From Thermoanaerobaculia bacterium (lineage in GTDB: Bacteria; Acidobacteriota; Thermoanaerobaculia; Multivoradales; UBA5704): a stretch of 64,000 nt of DNA. Of the stretch, positions 48,301 to 58,044 are shown piece after piece. Position numbers and translations under genes: made by a program. The DNA lies in assembly GCA_044226625.1 (NCBI GenBank), contig JBGAGQ010000001.1, positions 32,001 to 96,000 of the forward strand, written 5' to 3'. The notes beneath the pieces were generated by a model that had not been told where the DNA came from, ran no database searches, and was given only the letters and a program-made list of their open reading frames with translations. The stretch's first letter is position 1. Every line of letters begins with the position of its first letter.

Positions 48301-48478
48301 GTTCGACGACGAAGTGGCGGGCCGAGCTCGTCAACTCTCCCGGTTTGAGCGAGGTTCGGGCTTCCGCTTCTCCGAGTCCGGCGATCGTCAAAGCCCAGGC
48401 GAGGAGGATGACGAGGCGTCGGCGCACAGCCCCCCTTCCAGCTTCGGTCTGCGTCCTCTCGGTACCCGGTCTGGCCAC
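45397..48478 (-). pseudogene. TPR + CHAT protease (CHAT-5) split by a one-base frameshift near 47095-47099
   Basis: GTG 48478 after AAGGAGG with signal peptide. The reading frame switches between 47154 and 47050. Downstream frame has 'LHLAAHG', 'VLSSCQSG', 'PFYWAGY'. Confidence 0.75.
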
Positions 48479-48502
48479 GTTCGAGCCCTCCTTCTTTTCA
48501 AA

Positions 48503-48527
48503 GACACTCTTGATCGCTGAGAGGGGG
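48503..48527 (-). promoter_or_regulatory. Variant promoter CCCCC-N15-GTGTC upstream of CHAT-5
   Basis: GACAC at 48503-48507 on +, 24 nt before the start codon. Confidence 0.35.
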
Positions 48528-48668
48528 CGACTGTTCAGACGGAGAGGGCTCGGAATCACGGCGGGCGTGTCATCGAAGCGGCGCGGGCTCCCTTGCCCTG
48601 CCCGTCCCCGATCGATTGACGCTTATAGCCCGTTGGTGATACCTTCCTCAGGTCCAAAAGGAGTGGTC

Positions 48669-49127
48669 ATGGTCACAGTGCGATTCGGCAAGATCCTGTT
48701 GGCTGCTGGAATGTTCGCCGCGAGCCTTTCGGCTTCGGCCCAAACCGGTCCCTTTCAATTTCACGCGATCTCGCCCTGCCGTATCGCGGACACCCGTTCG
48801 GGCTTCGGCGGCATCATGACCGCCGGTGCGACGCGCGACTTCACGGTGCAGGGCGTTTGCGGCATCCCCTCCGGAGCGGCCGCGGTCGTCGTGAACGTGA
48901 CGGTCGTCGGCCCGACCGCGACCGGATTCCTCACGCTCTATCCCTCGAACCTCGCGAGCCCGCCGCTCGTCGCCACGCTGACGTTCAACGCGGGCGAGCC
49001 GGCGCTCGGCAACGGCGCGATCGTGCCGCTCAAGGCGACCACCCCCGACCTGCGGGCGGTGTACGGCATCGCCGGCGGCTCGGCGACCACCCACGTGGTC
49101 ATCGACGCCACGGGCTACTTCCAGTAA
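48669..49127 (+). CDS. Small secreted beta-rich protein (PCRxxDTR-type domain)
   Basis: AAGGAG RBS; signal peptide; 'SPCRIADTR..VNVTVV..GFLTLYP..HVVIDATGYF'. Confidence 0.8.
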   Translation: MVTVRFGKILLAAGMFAASLSASAQTGPFQFHAISPCRIADTRSGFGGIMTAGATRDFTVQGVCGIPSGAAAVVVNVTVVGPTATGFLTLYPSNLASPPLVATLTFNAGEPALGNGAIVPLKATTPDLRAVYGIAGGSATTHVVIDATGYFQ

Positions 49128-49162
49128 ACGGCGAGTAGAACCCGCTCGCACACGAGCGATCG

Positions 49163-49203
49163 AGGGCCGCTCGGCAGCACCTGCCGGGCGGCCCTTTTGC
49201 TTT
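49163..49203 (+). terminator. Intrinsic terminator
   Basis: AGGGCCGCTCGGCAG-CAC-CTGCCGGGCGGCCCT stem followed by TTTGCTTT. Confidence 0.8.
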
Positions 49204-49237
49204 GGGACGAGAACCGCACCCTCCCCGAACCGCCCCC

Positions 49238-51190
49238 TTGAGTTCCCCACTCCGACCGCCCCGGCCGCTCGTCGCCGCGATCCTGCTCGTCCTGGTCGCG
49301 AGCTTGTCGATGACCCTGTTCGAGCTCCGGGGCCGCGTCCCGTTCAGCTCCGACCAGTCGATCATCGGCCTGATCGGGCTCGACATCCTGAACCACGGCA
49401 AGCATCCGGTCTTCTGCTACGGCTCGGAGTACGGCGGCACGCTTGAGCCCCATCTGCTCGCCCTCACGTTCGGCCTGTTCGGCGCGTCACCGGCCGTCTT
49501 CCGCGTCACCCTCGCCGTGCTGGTCGTCCTCCTCGTCCTCGCCGTCTGGGCGTTCACTCGGCGGGCGTTCGGCGAGGGCGCGGCGTTCGCGGCGGGGCTC
49601 TATCTGGCGATCGCCCCGTCGTTCTTCCTCTACAAGGGGCTTACGTCGGACGGCGCCTACACTTCGCTCCTCCTCCTCTCGGCGCTCGCCCTGCTGTTCG
49701 CCCTGCGGGTCGACGACCATTTCGAGTGGAACCAAGTTGACGGACTGCGGTCGCCGGCCCAGCCGGACACCAGGAAGACGGCGCTCGATCTCCTCGTCCT
49801 CGGCGGCCTGCTCGGCATGGCCTGGTGGGTCCATCCGCTGTCGATCTTCCTCGGCGCGCCAATCGCGATCCTCGCGTTGACGGGCCGTTGGCGGCTCTGG
49901 CTCGGGCCGAAGAGCCTGGCTCTGCTCGCCCTCGGTTTCCTGGTGGGCGATTTCCCCTGGTGGTGGCACAACGTGCGCCACGGTTTCCCGAGCTTGAAGG
50001 CACCGGAGATGGCCGCGGCGACCTCGGCGCAAGGGGTCGATCCCCTATCCGAGCGGCTCGGCGACCTGTTCCGCCTCGGTTGGAACGACGTGCTCGGCGG
50101 GCGCTCGACCTGGGCGCACGGAACGACGTTTCCCGGCTCGACCGCGATCGCGATCGTCCTGCTGCTGGTCCTGCTCGGTTTCGGCCTTTACCAGCTGCGC
50201 GCCGCCGCCGGGCGGGCTCGCCGCCGACACGCGGCGATGCTGGTCTCGATCCTGGTCGCCGTGCCGGTCCTGAACCTCGCGATCGCGCGCACCGATTTCG
50301 TCGATCCGCGCTATCTGCTCCCGACCTATCTCGCGATCGCGCCGCTCGCGGGGCTCGCGGTCGTCTCGCTCCGGCCGCGGGCGCTCGCCGCCCTGCTCGC
50401 CACTGCACTTCTCGGCATGAACCTCGCGAGCCAGTGGACGGCGCCCCAGCTCGCCGGTCGCGAGGGGGGACGCTTCGACGTTTCGGGCGCCCGTCTGGTC
50501 GCCGAGATCCGCGCGCGCGGCATCGATTCGCTCTACGCCTCGTACTGGACCGCCTACCGCATCGCGTTCCTCTCAGGCGGCATGATCGCCGCGAGCCCGT
50601 TCGGCACGTCGACGAACTCGTTCGTGCGCGATCTCGACCTGCGGGCGAAGGTCGACGCCGATCCGCACCCGAGCTTCCTGCTGAGCGGCGAGGACCGGCG
50701 GCGCCTCACCGAGCTGCTGGAGCGCCGCGGCCTCCCCTCCAAGCGCGAGACGCTCGAGGGGTACACGCTGTTTTCCGACCTCGACCCAGACTTCGCGGGC
50801 AAGCTCCGGGCCTGCCACTGCATTCCGGCCGCGGCAAGCCCAGGCGACATCGAGTGGCTGAAGGCCGAGGGCCCGACGGAGATGCACCGCGGAGAAAGGG
50901 CGATCTTCACGGTCGAATTCCGCACGTTCCTCCTGATGCCGTTCTCGAACAACGTCCACCTCTCCTACCGCTGGCGCCCCGCCGACGGCTCCGCCGCGGT
51001 CGAGGGCGACCGGGTGATGCTCGTCACGAAAGCGATGCGCGGCGCGACGGTCGAAGCCGAGCTGCCGGTGGTCGCCGACCTGCCGCCCGGCAAGCACCGC
51101 CTGGTGATCGATCTGGTCGAGGAGAACTTCGCCTGGTTCGAGGATTTGGGCCTGCCGCCGAAATCGCTCGACGTGGCGGTGGTGCCGTAG
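49238..51190 (+). CDS. GT-C (ArnT/PMT-like) membrane glycosyltransferase with Ig-like C-terminus
   Basis: 'SSDQSIIGL..FCYGSEYGG.LE', many TMs, 'RYLLP', 'YWTAYRI.F'. Confidence 0.7.
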   Translation: MSSPLRPPRPLVAAILLVLVASLSMTLFELRGRVPFSSDQSIIGLIGLDILNHGKHPVFCYGSEYGGTLEPHLLALTFGLFGASPAVFRVTLAVLVVLLVLAVWAFTRRAFGEGAAFAAGLYLAIAPSFFLYKGLTSDGAYTSLLLLSALALLFALRVDDHFEWNQVDGLRSPAQPDTRKTALDLLVLGGLLGMAWWVHPLSIFLGAPIAILALTGRWRLWLGPKSLALLALGFLVGDFPWWWHNVRHGFPSLKAPEMAAATSAQGVDPLSERLGDLFRLGWNDVLGGRSTWAHGTTFPGSTAIAIVLLLVLLGFGLYQLRAAAGRARRRHAAMLVSILVAVPVLNLAIARTDFVDPRYLLPTYLAIAPLAGLAVVSLRPRALAALLATALLGMNLASQWTAPQLAGREGGRFDVSGARLVAEIRARGIDSLYASYWTAYRIAFLSGGMIAASPFGTSTNSFVRDLDLRAKVDADPHPSFLLSGEDRRRLTELLERRGLPSKRETLEGYTLFSDLDPDFAGKLRACHCIPAAASPGDIEWLKAEGPTEMHRGERAIFTVEFRTFLLMPFSNNVHLSYRWRPADGSAAVEGDRVMLVTKAMRGATVEAELPVVADLPPGKHRLVIDLVEENFAWFEDLGLPPKSLDVAVVP

Positions 51191-51287
51191 GCCGTCGTCC
51201 ACGCCCGCTTGTGGGGTCGAAGCGCGCCTAACACCAGGGCCGGCCCCTGGGGGTCTTTGCTGCCATCAACCTCGATGGGAGACCTCC

Positions 51288-53852
51288 ATGCCAAGACGTT
51301 TCGGTCGCCGCCTCCTCGCTCTCCTCGTTTGTGTCGCCTTCGGAGCCGTGGCCTCGCTCGGGCAGCTCCAGCCGCGAGTGCCGTTCGCGAAATCCCTGCC
51401 CGGGCCTCCCTCCGGGTCGGCCATCGACTCCGTGATGGTCAAGTTTCACGAGGGGACGCGCATCCGCTTCCGGGACCCGGATTTCGTGATCCTCGAACGC
51501 TCGCCGCGCGACGAGGATCAGTTGGCGACCCGAAAGCTCGACGACAAGCAGGTGGAGACCGATCTCCAGACCTTCCAGGGGATCCTCGCCGCGTCTCCCC
51601 TCGTCGTCGGCGTCGCGCGGACCTTCGACGCCAGCGAGCCGGTTCTCGAGCTGCGCCGCGCCGCCGGGGAGAACGCGGCGGGAAGAGAGTTGGCCGACCT
51701 CGACCTCTACGTCAGGATCGAAGTGCCCTCCGGCACCACGGCCGGCGCGGTCGCGGGCTTGATCGCTGACCTCGACGACCTCGCGAGCGTCGAGGTGGCT
51801 TACGCCGCGGCCGTACCCTCGCTGCCGACCGACCTGCCGCCGACGACTCCCGATTTCACGGTCCTCGGCTTCCAGGGCTACCTCGAGAGCGCGAGCCTGG
51901 GTGGGATCGACGCTCGCTACGCCTGGACCGTCCCCGGCGGGAAGGGGGACGGCGCCCGGGTGGTCGACGTCGAATACACCTGGCGGCTCGCGCACGAGGA
52001 CTTCCCCGCGGTCTCCTATCAGGGGGGTGCCAATACCGGCAACGGCACGGAACACGGCGACGCCGTGATCGGCATCCTCGCCGCTCCGGACAACGGTTAC
52101 GGAGTGACCGGCATCGCCCACCACGCTTCGATCGGCCTGCAGAGCGTGCTCGGCGTGGGGCTCGCGAACGCGATTCACCAGGCGGCTTTGAACGCCGGCC
52201 CCGGCGGCATCGTCCTGATCGAGCAACAGGTCGGTTCCACCCCGCCGCCAGGCTCAACCTGCCCGTGCCCGCAGGGCTTCTCCTGCATCTTTAGCCTCGT
52301 CCCGGTCGAGTACGAGCCCGCGAGCTTCGACGCGATCCACACCGCGACCGCGAACGGGGTGATCGTCGTCGAGGCCGCCGCGAACGGCTCCAACAACTTG
52401 GACGATCCCCACTACGGCGGAGCGTTCGATCGCCAGGTCCGGGATTCCGGAGCGATCCTGGTCGCGGCGAGCACGGGCGCGCCGCGCGTGCCCGTCTGCA
52501 CCACGAATTTCGGCTCTCGCGTCGACCTCCACGGCTGGGGCCGTACGATCACCACGCTCGGGTACGGCGACCTCTTCGGCTCCGGCGATCCGAGCCAGGC
52601 CTATACCGCCCTGTTCGGCGGAACCTCCGGCGCTTCGCCGATGGTGGCCGGCGCGGCCGCCGACCTGCAAGGCGCCGCGCTCGCCCACAACCTGCAGGCC
52701 CTCTCGCCCGCGGCGATGCGGCAGCTGCTGCGAAACACCGGGACGGCGCAGGCGGCGGATCCCCGGCAGATCGGTCCTCTCCCCAACCTCCATGCCGCGC
52801 TCGATCAACTGATCGGCACGACGACCGACAATCCGCCCAACCCACGCCTTTCGGTGACCTGTGCCGGTCTGTACTGCCAGGCCAACGCGAGCGGCTCGAC
52901 GGACGATTTCCCGGGCATGACGTTCAGCTTCCAGTGGGAGACCGGAGGGGCGGCGACACCGTTCTCGAGCGTCCCGAACGCCAATCACACGTACGCGGTT
53001 CCCGGGGTGATCTATCCGATCACGGTCACGGTCAAGGACAGCGCGGGCCAGACGCGGGCCGCCTCGGTCTCCGCCTGGGTCGCCGGCACGACGCCGATCG
53101 ATACGGTCGGGCTCGCTCCGGCCGACCCTGCGGCGATCGAGCTTCGCCTGTTCCACGCCGCGGGCCTCGGCCAGAACCTCCAAGTGCAGATCTCCGGCGC
53201 CACCGGCGTGGGCGTGAGCGGCGACTGGAACGGCGACGGCATCGACACAGTGGGGCGCTACGATCCGGTGACCTCGACGTTCACCTTGCGCAATTCGAAC
53301 TTCTCCGGCGCGCCGGACGTCACGTTCTCCTTCGCCGCGGGGAGCATCCTCCGGACCGACCCGCTGATTCCGATCGCCGGAGACTGGAACGGCGACGGCC
53401 GCGACACGTGCGGGCTCTACGATCCGGCGACCGGCTGGTTCTACCTGCGCAACGCCAACACCACCGGAGACGCCGAGATTTCGTTCAAGATCAACGCCCT
53501 GCTGGGCACCGGCAGCTCGGTCCGGCCGGTCGCGGGAGATTGGAACGGCGACGGCATCGACAGCGTCGGCCTCTTCGACGCGACGAGCGGCGTCTTCTTC
53601 CTGCGCAACGAAAACAGCGCGGGTGGCCCCGAGAGCATCTTCAACTTCGGTACCCCCGGAGGCGGGCTCCTGCCCGAGGCGGGGGACTGGGACGGCGACG
53701 GCTGGGACTCGATCGGAGTTTGGAATCCGGCGACCGGCCAGCACCTCCTGCGCAATCTGAACAGCGCGGGCGTCGCCGACCACCAGTTCGTCTTCACCCT
53801 CAATCAGGCGAACACCCTGCCGATCGCCGGCGATTGGGACGGAGACTTCTAG
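51288..53852 (+). CDS. Secreted S8 subtilase with PKD-like domain and GDWNGDG repeats
   Basis: 'VDVE', 'HGDAV.G', 'EAAANG', 'GGTSGASP'; five GDW(N/D)GD repeats. Confidence 0.9.
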   Translation: MPRRFGRRLLALLVCVAFGAVASLGQLQPRVPFAKSLPGPPSGSAIDSVMVKFHEGTRIRFRDPDFVILERSPRDEDQLATRKLDDKQVETDLQTFQGILAASPLVVGVARTFDASEPVLELRRAAGENAAGRELADLDLYVRIEVPSGTTAGAVAGLIADLDDLASVEVAYAAAVPSLPTDLPPTTPDFTVLGFQGYLESASLGGIDARYAWTVPGGKGDGARVVDVEYTWRLAHEDFPAVSYQGGANTGNGTEHGDAVIGILAAPDNGYGVTGIAHHASIGLQSVLGVGLANAIHQAALNAGPGGIVLIEQQVGSTPPPGSTCPCPQGFSCIFSLVPVEYEPASFDAIHTATANGVIVVEAAANGSNNLDDPHYGGAFDRQVRDSGAILVAASTGAPRVPVCTTNFGSRVDLHGWGRTITTLGYGDLFGSGDPSQAYTALFGGTSGASPMVAGAAADLQGAALAHNLQALSPAAMRQLLRNTGTAQAADPRQIGPLPNLHAALDQLIGTTTDNPPNPRLSVTCAGLYCQANASGSTDDFPGMTFSFQWETGGAATPFSSVPNANHTYAVPGVIYPITVTVKDSAGQTRAASVSAWVAGTTPIDTVGLAPADPAAIELRLFHAAGLGQNLQVQISGATGVGVSGDWNGDGIDTVGRYDPVTSTFTLRNSNFSGAPDVTFSFAAGSILRTDPLIPIAGDWNGDGRDTCGLYDPATGWFYLRNANTTGDAEISFKINALLGTGSSVRPVAGDWNGDGIDSVGLFDATSGVFFLRNENSAGGPESIFNFGTPGGGLLPEAGDWDGDGWDSIGVWNPATGQHLLRNLNSAGVADHQFVFTLNQANTLPIAGDWDGDF

Positions 53853-53979
53853 CCGGCCCCCCTCCGCCCCCTTCGGGGCGCGCCTCGGACCCTTCCCCCT
53901 CGGTCCGGGGCGCGCCGCTTCGCCGTGACCGCGCACCGTCCGGCCTGATATCTTCCGCCGCGGATTCATCGCCCTCGCA

Positions 53980-54660
53980 ATGCGCGTAACCCTGCTCAAG
54001 CTGCTCGACGGGCTCACCCGCTCGGTCGACCTGCCGGAACCGATCTACGAGTTCGGGGCGTTTCGCGTGCCCGGGCAGCAGCACCTGCCGTACGTCCGCG
54101 ATTACTTCCCCGGCAAGCGCTACGTCGGCTGCGACATGCGGCCGGGCGACGGGGTGGACGAGATCCAGGACCTCCACCAGCTTTCGCTCCCCGACGCCTC
54201 GGTCGGCACCGCGATCCTGTTCGACACGATCGAGCACGTCCGCGAGCCCTGGCGCGCGACCGCCGAGGTGCTCCGCTGCCTGAAGCCGGGCGGGGTGATC
54301 CTGATGACCTCCGTCTGGTATTTCCCGATCCACGCCTACCCCGACGACTACTGGCGCTTCACCGCGAGCGCGTTCGACGCGCTGCTCAAGGACTACCACC
54401 CGATCGCGACCGCCATGTGCGGCCTGGAGAAGCTCCCCCACACGGTCGTCGGCCTCGCCGGCAAGGGGCCGATCGATCCCGCGTTCGAGGCCGAGATCCG
54501 CCGCGTCGTTGCGGCCTGGAAGCGGCACGGCGCCACGAGTTGGAAGGAGCGGGTGCTCGACTGGGCGCCGCCCGCCCTGTTGATCCCCGCCTACGGGCTC
54601 TTCCTGCGCGCGATGGCCCGAAGAACGCCGAAGCGCGCCCAACCGCCGCAGGACGGATGA
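53980..54660 (+). CDS. SAM-dependent methyltransferase (type 11-like)
   Basis: 'YVGCD..GDGVD', 'TIEHV..PW', 'LKPGG', 'H.YPDDYWRFT'. Confidence 0.85.
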   Translation: MRVTLLKLLDGLTRSVDLPEPIYEFGAFRVPGQQHLPYVRDYFPGKRYVGCDMRPGDGVDEIQDLHQLSLPDASVGTAILFDTIEHVREPWRATAEVLRCLKPGGVILMTSVWYFPIHAYPDDYWRFTASAFDALLKDYHPIATAMCGLEKLPHTVVGLAGKGPIDPAFEAEIRRVVAAWKRHGATSWKERVLDWAPPALLIPAYGLFLRAMARRTPKRAQPPQDG

Positions 54661-55682
54661 CGGCGCCGAGCCCTCCCTCGCCGTTCCGCGGAGAGCCCGA
54701 ACCGCTCGCCGCCCCCTCGATCGCACATCCGGTCGCCCTCTCGATCATCATCCCGAGCCGCGACACGAAAGACCTCACCCTCACCTGCCTCCATTCTCTC
54801 GGCGATCTGCCGGCCGACGTCGAAGTGCTCGTGGTCGACGACGGCAGCACCGACGGCACCGCCGAGGCGATCGCCGCCGATCCCCGGCTCCCGTGTGTGC
54901 GAACTCTCCGCTCGGAGGTGGGCACCGGCTTCACCCGCGCGGCGAACCGCGGCCTGCTCGCCGCGCGCGGCGACCTGCTCCTGCTGCTCAACAGCGACAC
55001 GGAGGTCGAAGCCGGAGGGATCGCGGTGCTCCGGGCCGCGTTCGCAGCCGACCCCAAGCTCGGCATCGCCGGCGCCGCCCTCTCGTTCCCCGACGGCCGG
55101 CCGCAATGGAGCGGCGGCGGCGCGCCGAGCGACCTCTGGCTGTTCGGCCTCGCGAGCGGCCTCCCCGCGTTCATCGGCCGCCTCGCTCCGTATCGCAGGG
55201 CGCGCCCGCTCCGCCGGGCGGGCGAGGTCGAATGGGTCACCGGCGCCGCGCTCTGCGTGCGCCGCGCCGCGGTCGAACCGATAGGGGCCCCCGGGCCTCT
55301 CGACGAGCGCTATCGGTTCTACGCCCAAGACCTCGACCTCTGCCTGACCGTGCGAGAGCGCGGGTGGAAGGTCGCGATCCTGCCGGAGTTCCACGTCCTC
55401 CATCACCACGGCGCCACGATCCGCCAAGACGGCGGGACGAGCTCGGACCAGAAACATCCGGAGCTCTTGCTCACCGACCTCCTGCTCGCCGCGGCGAAGC
55501 ACCGCGGGACTTCCGGAGCCGCCGCCGCCCGCCGCGCCCTGCGCGCGGGAGCCGCCCTGCGCGCGCTCGGTCGGATGGTCCACCGTCCTTTCGTCCGCGC
55601 CGCCGACCGCGCCGCCTGGACCGCCGACGACGAGGCGTTTCGCCGCGCCCGCTGCGCCCTTTCCGGCGCGCGAATCCCATAG
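54657..55682 (+). CDS. Glycosyltransferase family 2
   Basis: ATGA overlap; 'VVDDGSTDGT', 'GFTRAANRG', 'LLNSD', 'WVTGA'. Confidence 0.88.
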   Translation: MTAPSPPSPFRGEPEPLAAPSIAHPVALSIIIPSRDTKDLTLTCLHSLGDLPADVEVLVVDDGSTDGTAEAIAADPRLPCVRTLRSEVGTGFTRAANRGLLAARGDLLLLLNSDTEVEAGGIAVLRAAFAADPKLGIAGAALSFPDGRPQWSGGGAPSDLWLFGLASGLPAFIGRLAPYRRARPLRRAGEVEWVTGAALCVRRAAVEPIGAPGPLDERYRFYAQDLDLCLTVRERGWKVAILPEFHVLHHHGATIRQDGGTSSDQKHPELLLTDLLLAAAKHRGTSGAAAARRALRAGAALRALGRMVHRPFVRAADRAAWTADDEAFRRARCALSGARIP

Positions 55683-55777
55683 AATCCGCGCCACTGCCCC
55701 GGCGGCTCGTTCGTATGCCGCTCGGCCGGCCTGTCTTTTCCACGCCGGTTTCCACTTTCGCCCCCCGGGAGGCTCCA

Positions 55778-57211
55778 ATGAAACATCGGGTCGCGTTCGC
55801 CTTGCTCCTTGCGCTGTCTTGCCTGCCGGCCTCCGCCACGTGCGGCGGCGGAGGAGGGGGCGGCGTCGGCGGCATCGCCCCCGCGCCGCAGGGCTTCCCG
55901 CAGGACGACCTCGCGACCTATCGCGTGCCGTGGAAGGTGCTCGCTCCCGGCGATCCCGCCCCGGAGGGGACGTGGGTCCTCTACTGGTTCCCGATCTCGC
56001 CCGAGGAAGCGCGCGGCTCGGAGCTGCAGAGCTCCCGCATCCTCACCCTGGCGGCCGGCCGCTGCGTCGGCATGGCCCTCGTGCCGGCGAACCTCGCGGA
56101 TCTGCAAACGCGCTTCCAGGTCGCCGGGGACACGGCGACCGCGGTGCTCGCCGGCGCCGACGGCAAGGAGATCGCCCGCGCCTCGATCCGCCCCGGCCAG
56201 CCGCTCGGCCGCGCCGACGTCGAAAAGATCGTCGACAAGGCGCTCTCGCAGCGCGAGGACGAGCTCGACGCCCAGCTCGACGCGGCGAAAGCGAAGGAGA
56301 AGAGCGGCGACAAGGACGGCGCGGCCACCCTCTACCAGCAGGTCTGGGAGCAGCGCTGCATGGTCCCGAAGCTCGGCAAGAAAGCCGCCAAGGCGCTCGA
56401 CAAGCTCGGCAAGCCGGTGCCGAAGGACGCGCGCCTCGACCTGCCGTTCGCCGATCCGAGCCGTTCGACGGAGACCCGCGTCGCCAGGGCGCTCGCCATC
56501 GGGCTCCGCGCCGAGGACGCCCTCGACCTGCCCGCCGCCGCCAAGGCCTACGAGGCGGCGCGCCGGCTCGATCCGGGCGATCCCGTGCCGCTGCGTTACC
56601 TGGGCGAGCTCTACCGCCACCACACCGGCGAGTGGGACAAGGCGCGCGCGGCGTTCCACCGGCTGCTCGACCTCGGCGGCGACCCGCTGTCGCGCGCCGT
56701 CGCCCTCCACGGCCTCGGCAAGATGACCATCCACGACGGCGAGTTCCAGAAGGGCGTCGACCTGTTCGTACAGTCGGTCGCCACCTTCCCGCTCGCAATC
56801 ACCTACCGCAACCTCGCCGTCTACTGGAACTCCGAGGGGCAGTTCGACAAGGCGTACGGCTTCGTCCAGAAGGCGATGGCGCTCGATCCCGACGACACCT
56901 ACAACCAGGTCTTCGCCGCCACCTATCTGGTCAACCTCGGCCACCCGGACGAGGCCGCGCGCATCGCGCGGGAGAACGAGTCGCTCCTGCCCGCCTCCTA
57001 CAACCTGGCGGCGATCTGGGCGCAGCTGGGCCAGAGCGAGAAGGCGCTCGAGCTCCTCACCCGCCATTTCTTCCGCTACGAGCGCGTCGACGCGGTGCGC
57101 GCCAAGGAGATGGAAGAGGCGCGCGTCGACGCCGTGTTCGTGTCGCTGCGCGAGAACCCGAAGTTCGTCGACCTGATCAAGAACGCCGACCACGCGACCG
57201 GGATGCGCTGA
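55778..57211 (+). CDS. Exported TPR protein with CGGGGGGG motif
   Basis: GGAGG RBS; signal peptide; C-terminal TPRs. Confidence 0.78.
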   Translation: MKHRVAFALLLALSCLPASATCGGGGGGGVGGIAPAPQGFPQDDLATYRVPWKVLAPGDPAPEGTWVLYWFPISPEEARGSELQSSRILTLAAGRCVGMALVPANLADLQTRFQVAGDTATAVLAGADGKEIARASIRPGQPLGRADVEKIVDKALSQREDELDAQLDAAKAKEKSGDKDGAATLYQQVWEQRCMVPKLGKKAAKALDKLGKPVPKDARLDLPFADPSRSTETRVARALAIGLRAEDALDLPAAAKAYEAARRLDPGDPVPLRYLGELYRHHTGEWDKARAAFHRLLDLGGDPLSRAVALHGLGKMTIHDGEFQKGVDLFVQSVATFPLAITYRNLAVYWNSEGQFDKAYGFVQKAMALDPDDTYNQVFAATYLVNLGHPDEAARIARENESLLPASYNLAAIWAQLGQSEKALELLTRHFFRYERVDAVRAKEMEEARVDAVFVSLRENPKFVDLIKNADHATGMR

Positions 57212-57246
57212 CGCTCCCTCCGAGGAACGAGGCGACGACAAGCCGA

Positions 57247-58011
57247 ATGACCGAGCTTCTCCGCTACCGCGACCTGATCCGCGTTCTGGTCGAACGCGAT
57301 CTGAAGGTCCGTTACCGCCGCTCGGCGTTCGGCTTCCTCTGGACGATGCTCCAGCCGCTCCTGATGATGCTGGTCTTCACCATGGTGTTCTCGTCGATCT
57401 TCGGCTCGGACCGGCCGGGGTACTGGATCTACGCCCTGGCCGGGATCCTGTTCTGGAACTTCTTTTCCCAGTCGATCGTCGCCTCGATGAACAGCCTGCG
57501 CGGCAACGCGCAGCTGCTCCAGAAGTTGCCGGTGCCGAAGGTGGTCTTCCCGCTCTCGACCGTGATCTCGGGCGTGATCAACCTCGCGCTCGCGTTGATC
57601 CCGCTGTTCCTGATCCTGATCTTCTCGGGCCACCGGCCGGGATGGTCGATCCTGTTCCTGCCGGTCGCCATCCTGCTCGCCGCGCTGTTCACGCTCGGCG
57701 CGGGGCTGCTGCTCTCACCTCTCGCCGTTTTCTTCTCCGACGTGGTCGAGCTGATCGGCGTCCTGCTCACCCTGCTCATGTACCTCACGCCGGTCATCTA
57801 CCCGTACGAGATCGTTCCCGAGCACGTGCGCTGGATCGTCCGGTTCAATCCGCTGCGCTCGATCCTCGAGATCTTCCGCGACCCGATCTACCTGCAGAAG
57901 GTCCCGCCGATGACGCACATCGCGGTCTCGGCCGGAATCGCGATCGTGGCGCTCGGCATCGGCATCTGGGCGTTCCGCAAGTCGAGCGACCGGATCCCGT
58001 TCTACGTCTAG
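57247..58011 (+). CDS. wzm: Polysaccharide ABC exporter permease (Wzm-like)
   Basis: 'RDLKVRYRRS.FG.LW..LQPL', 'YLTPVIYP', 'FNPL'. Confidence 0.9.
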   Translation: MTELLRYRDLIRVLVERDLKVRYRRSAFGFLWTMLQPLLMMLVFTMVFSSIFGSDRPGYWIYALAGILFWNFFSQSIVASMNSLRGNAQLLQKLPVPKVVFPLSTVISGVINLALALIPLFLILIFSGHRPGWSILFLPVAILLAALFTLGAGLLLSPLAVFFSDVVELIGVLLTLLMYLTPVIYPYEIVPEHVRWIVRFNPLRSILEIFRDPIYLQKVPPMTHIAVSAGIAIVALGIGIWAFRKSSDRIPFYV

Positions 58012-58044
58012 CGTCGTCGAGCCTCGCCGAACGAAGCGTCCGCC

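Noticed and set aside
24000-48660. Protease island as an integrative mobile element
   Set aside because: No integrase, transposase, tRNA target or flanking direct repeats seen; only codon style suggests foreign origin.
53215-53850. GACTGGAACGGCGACGGC DNA repeats
   Set aside because: Fully explained by the GDWNGDG protein repeats of the S8 protease.
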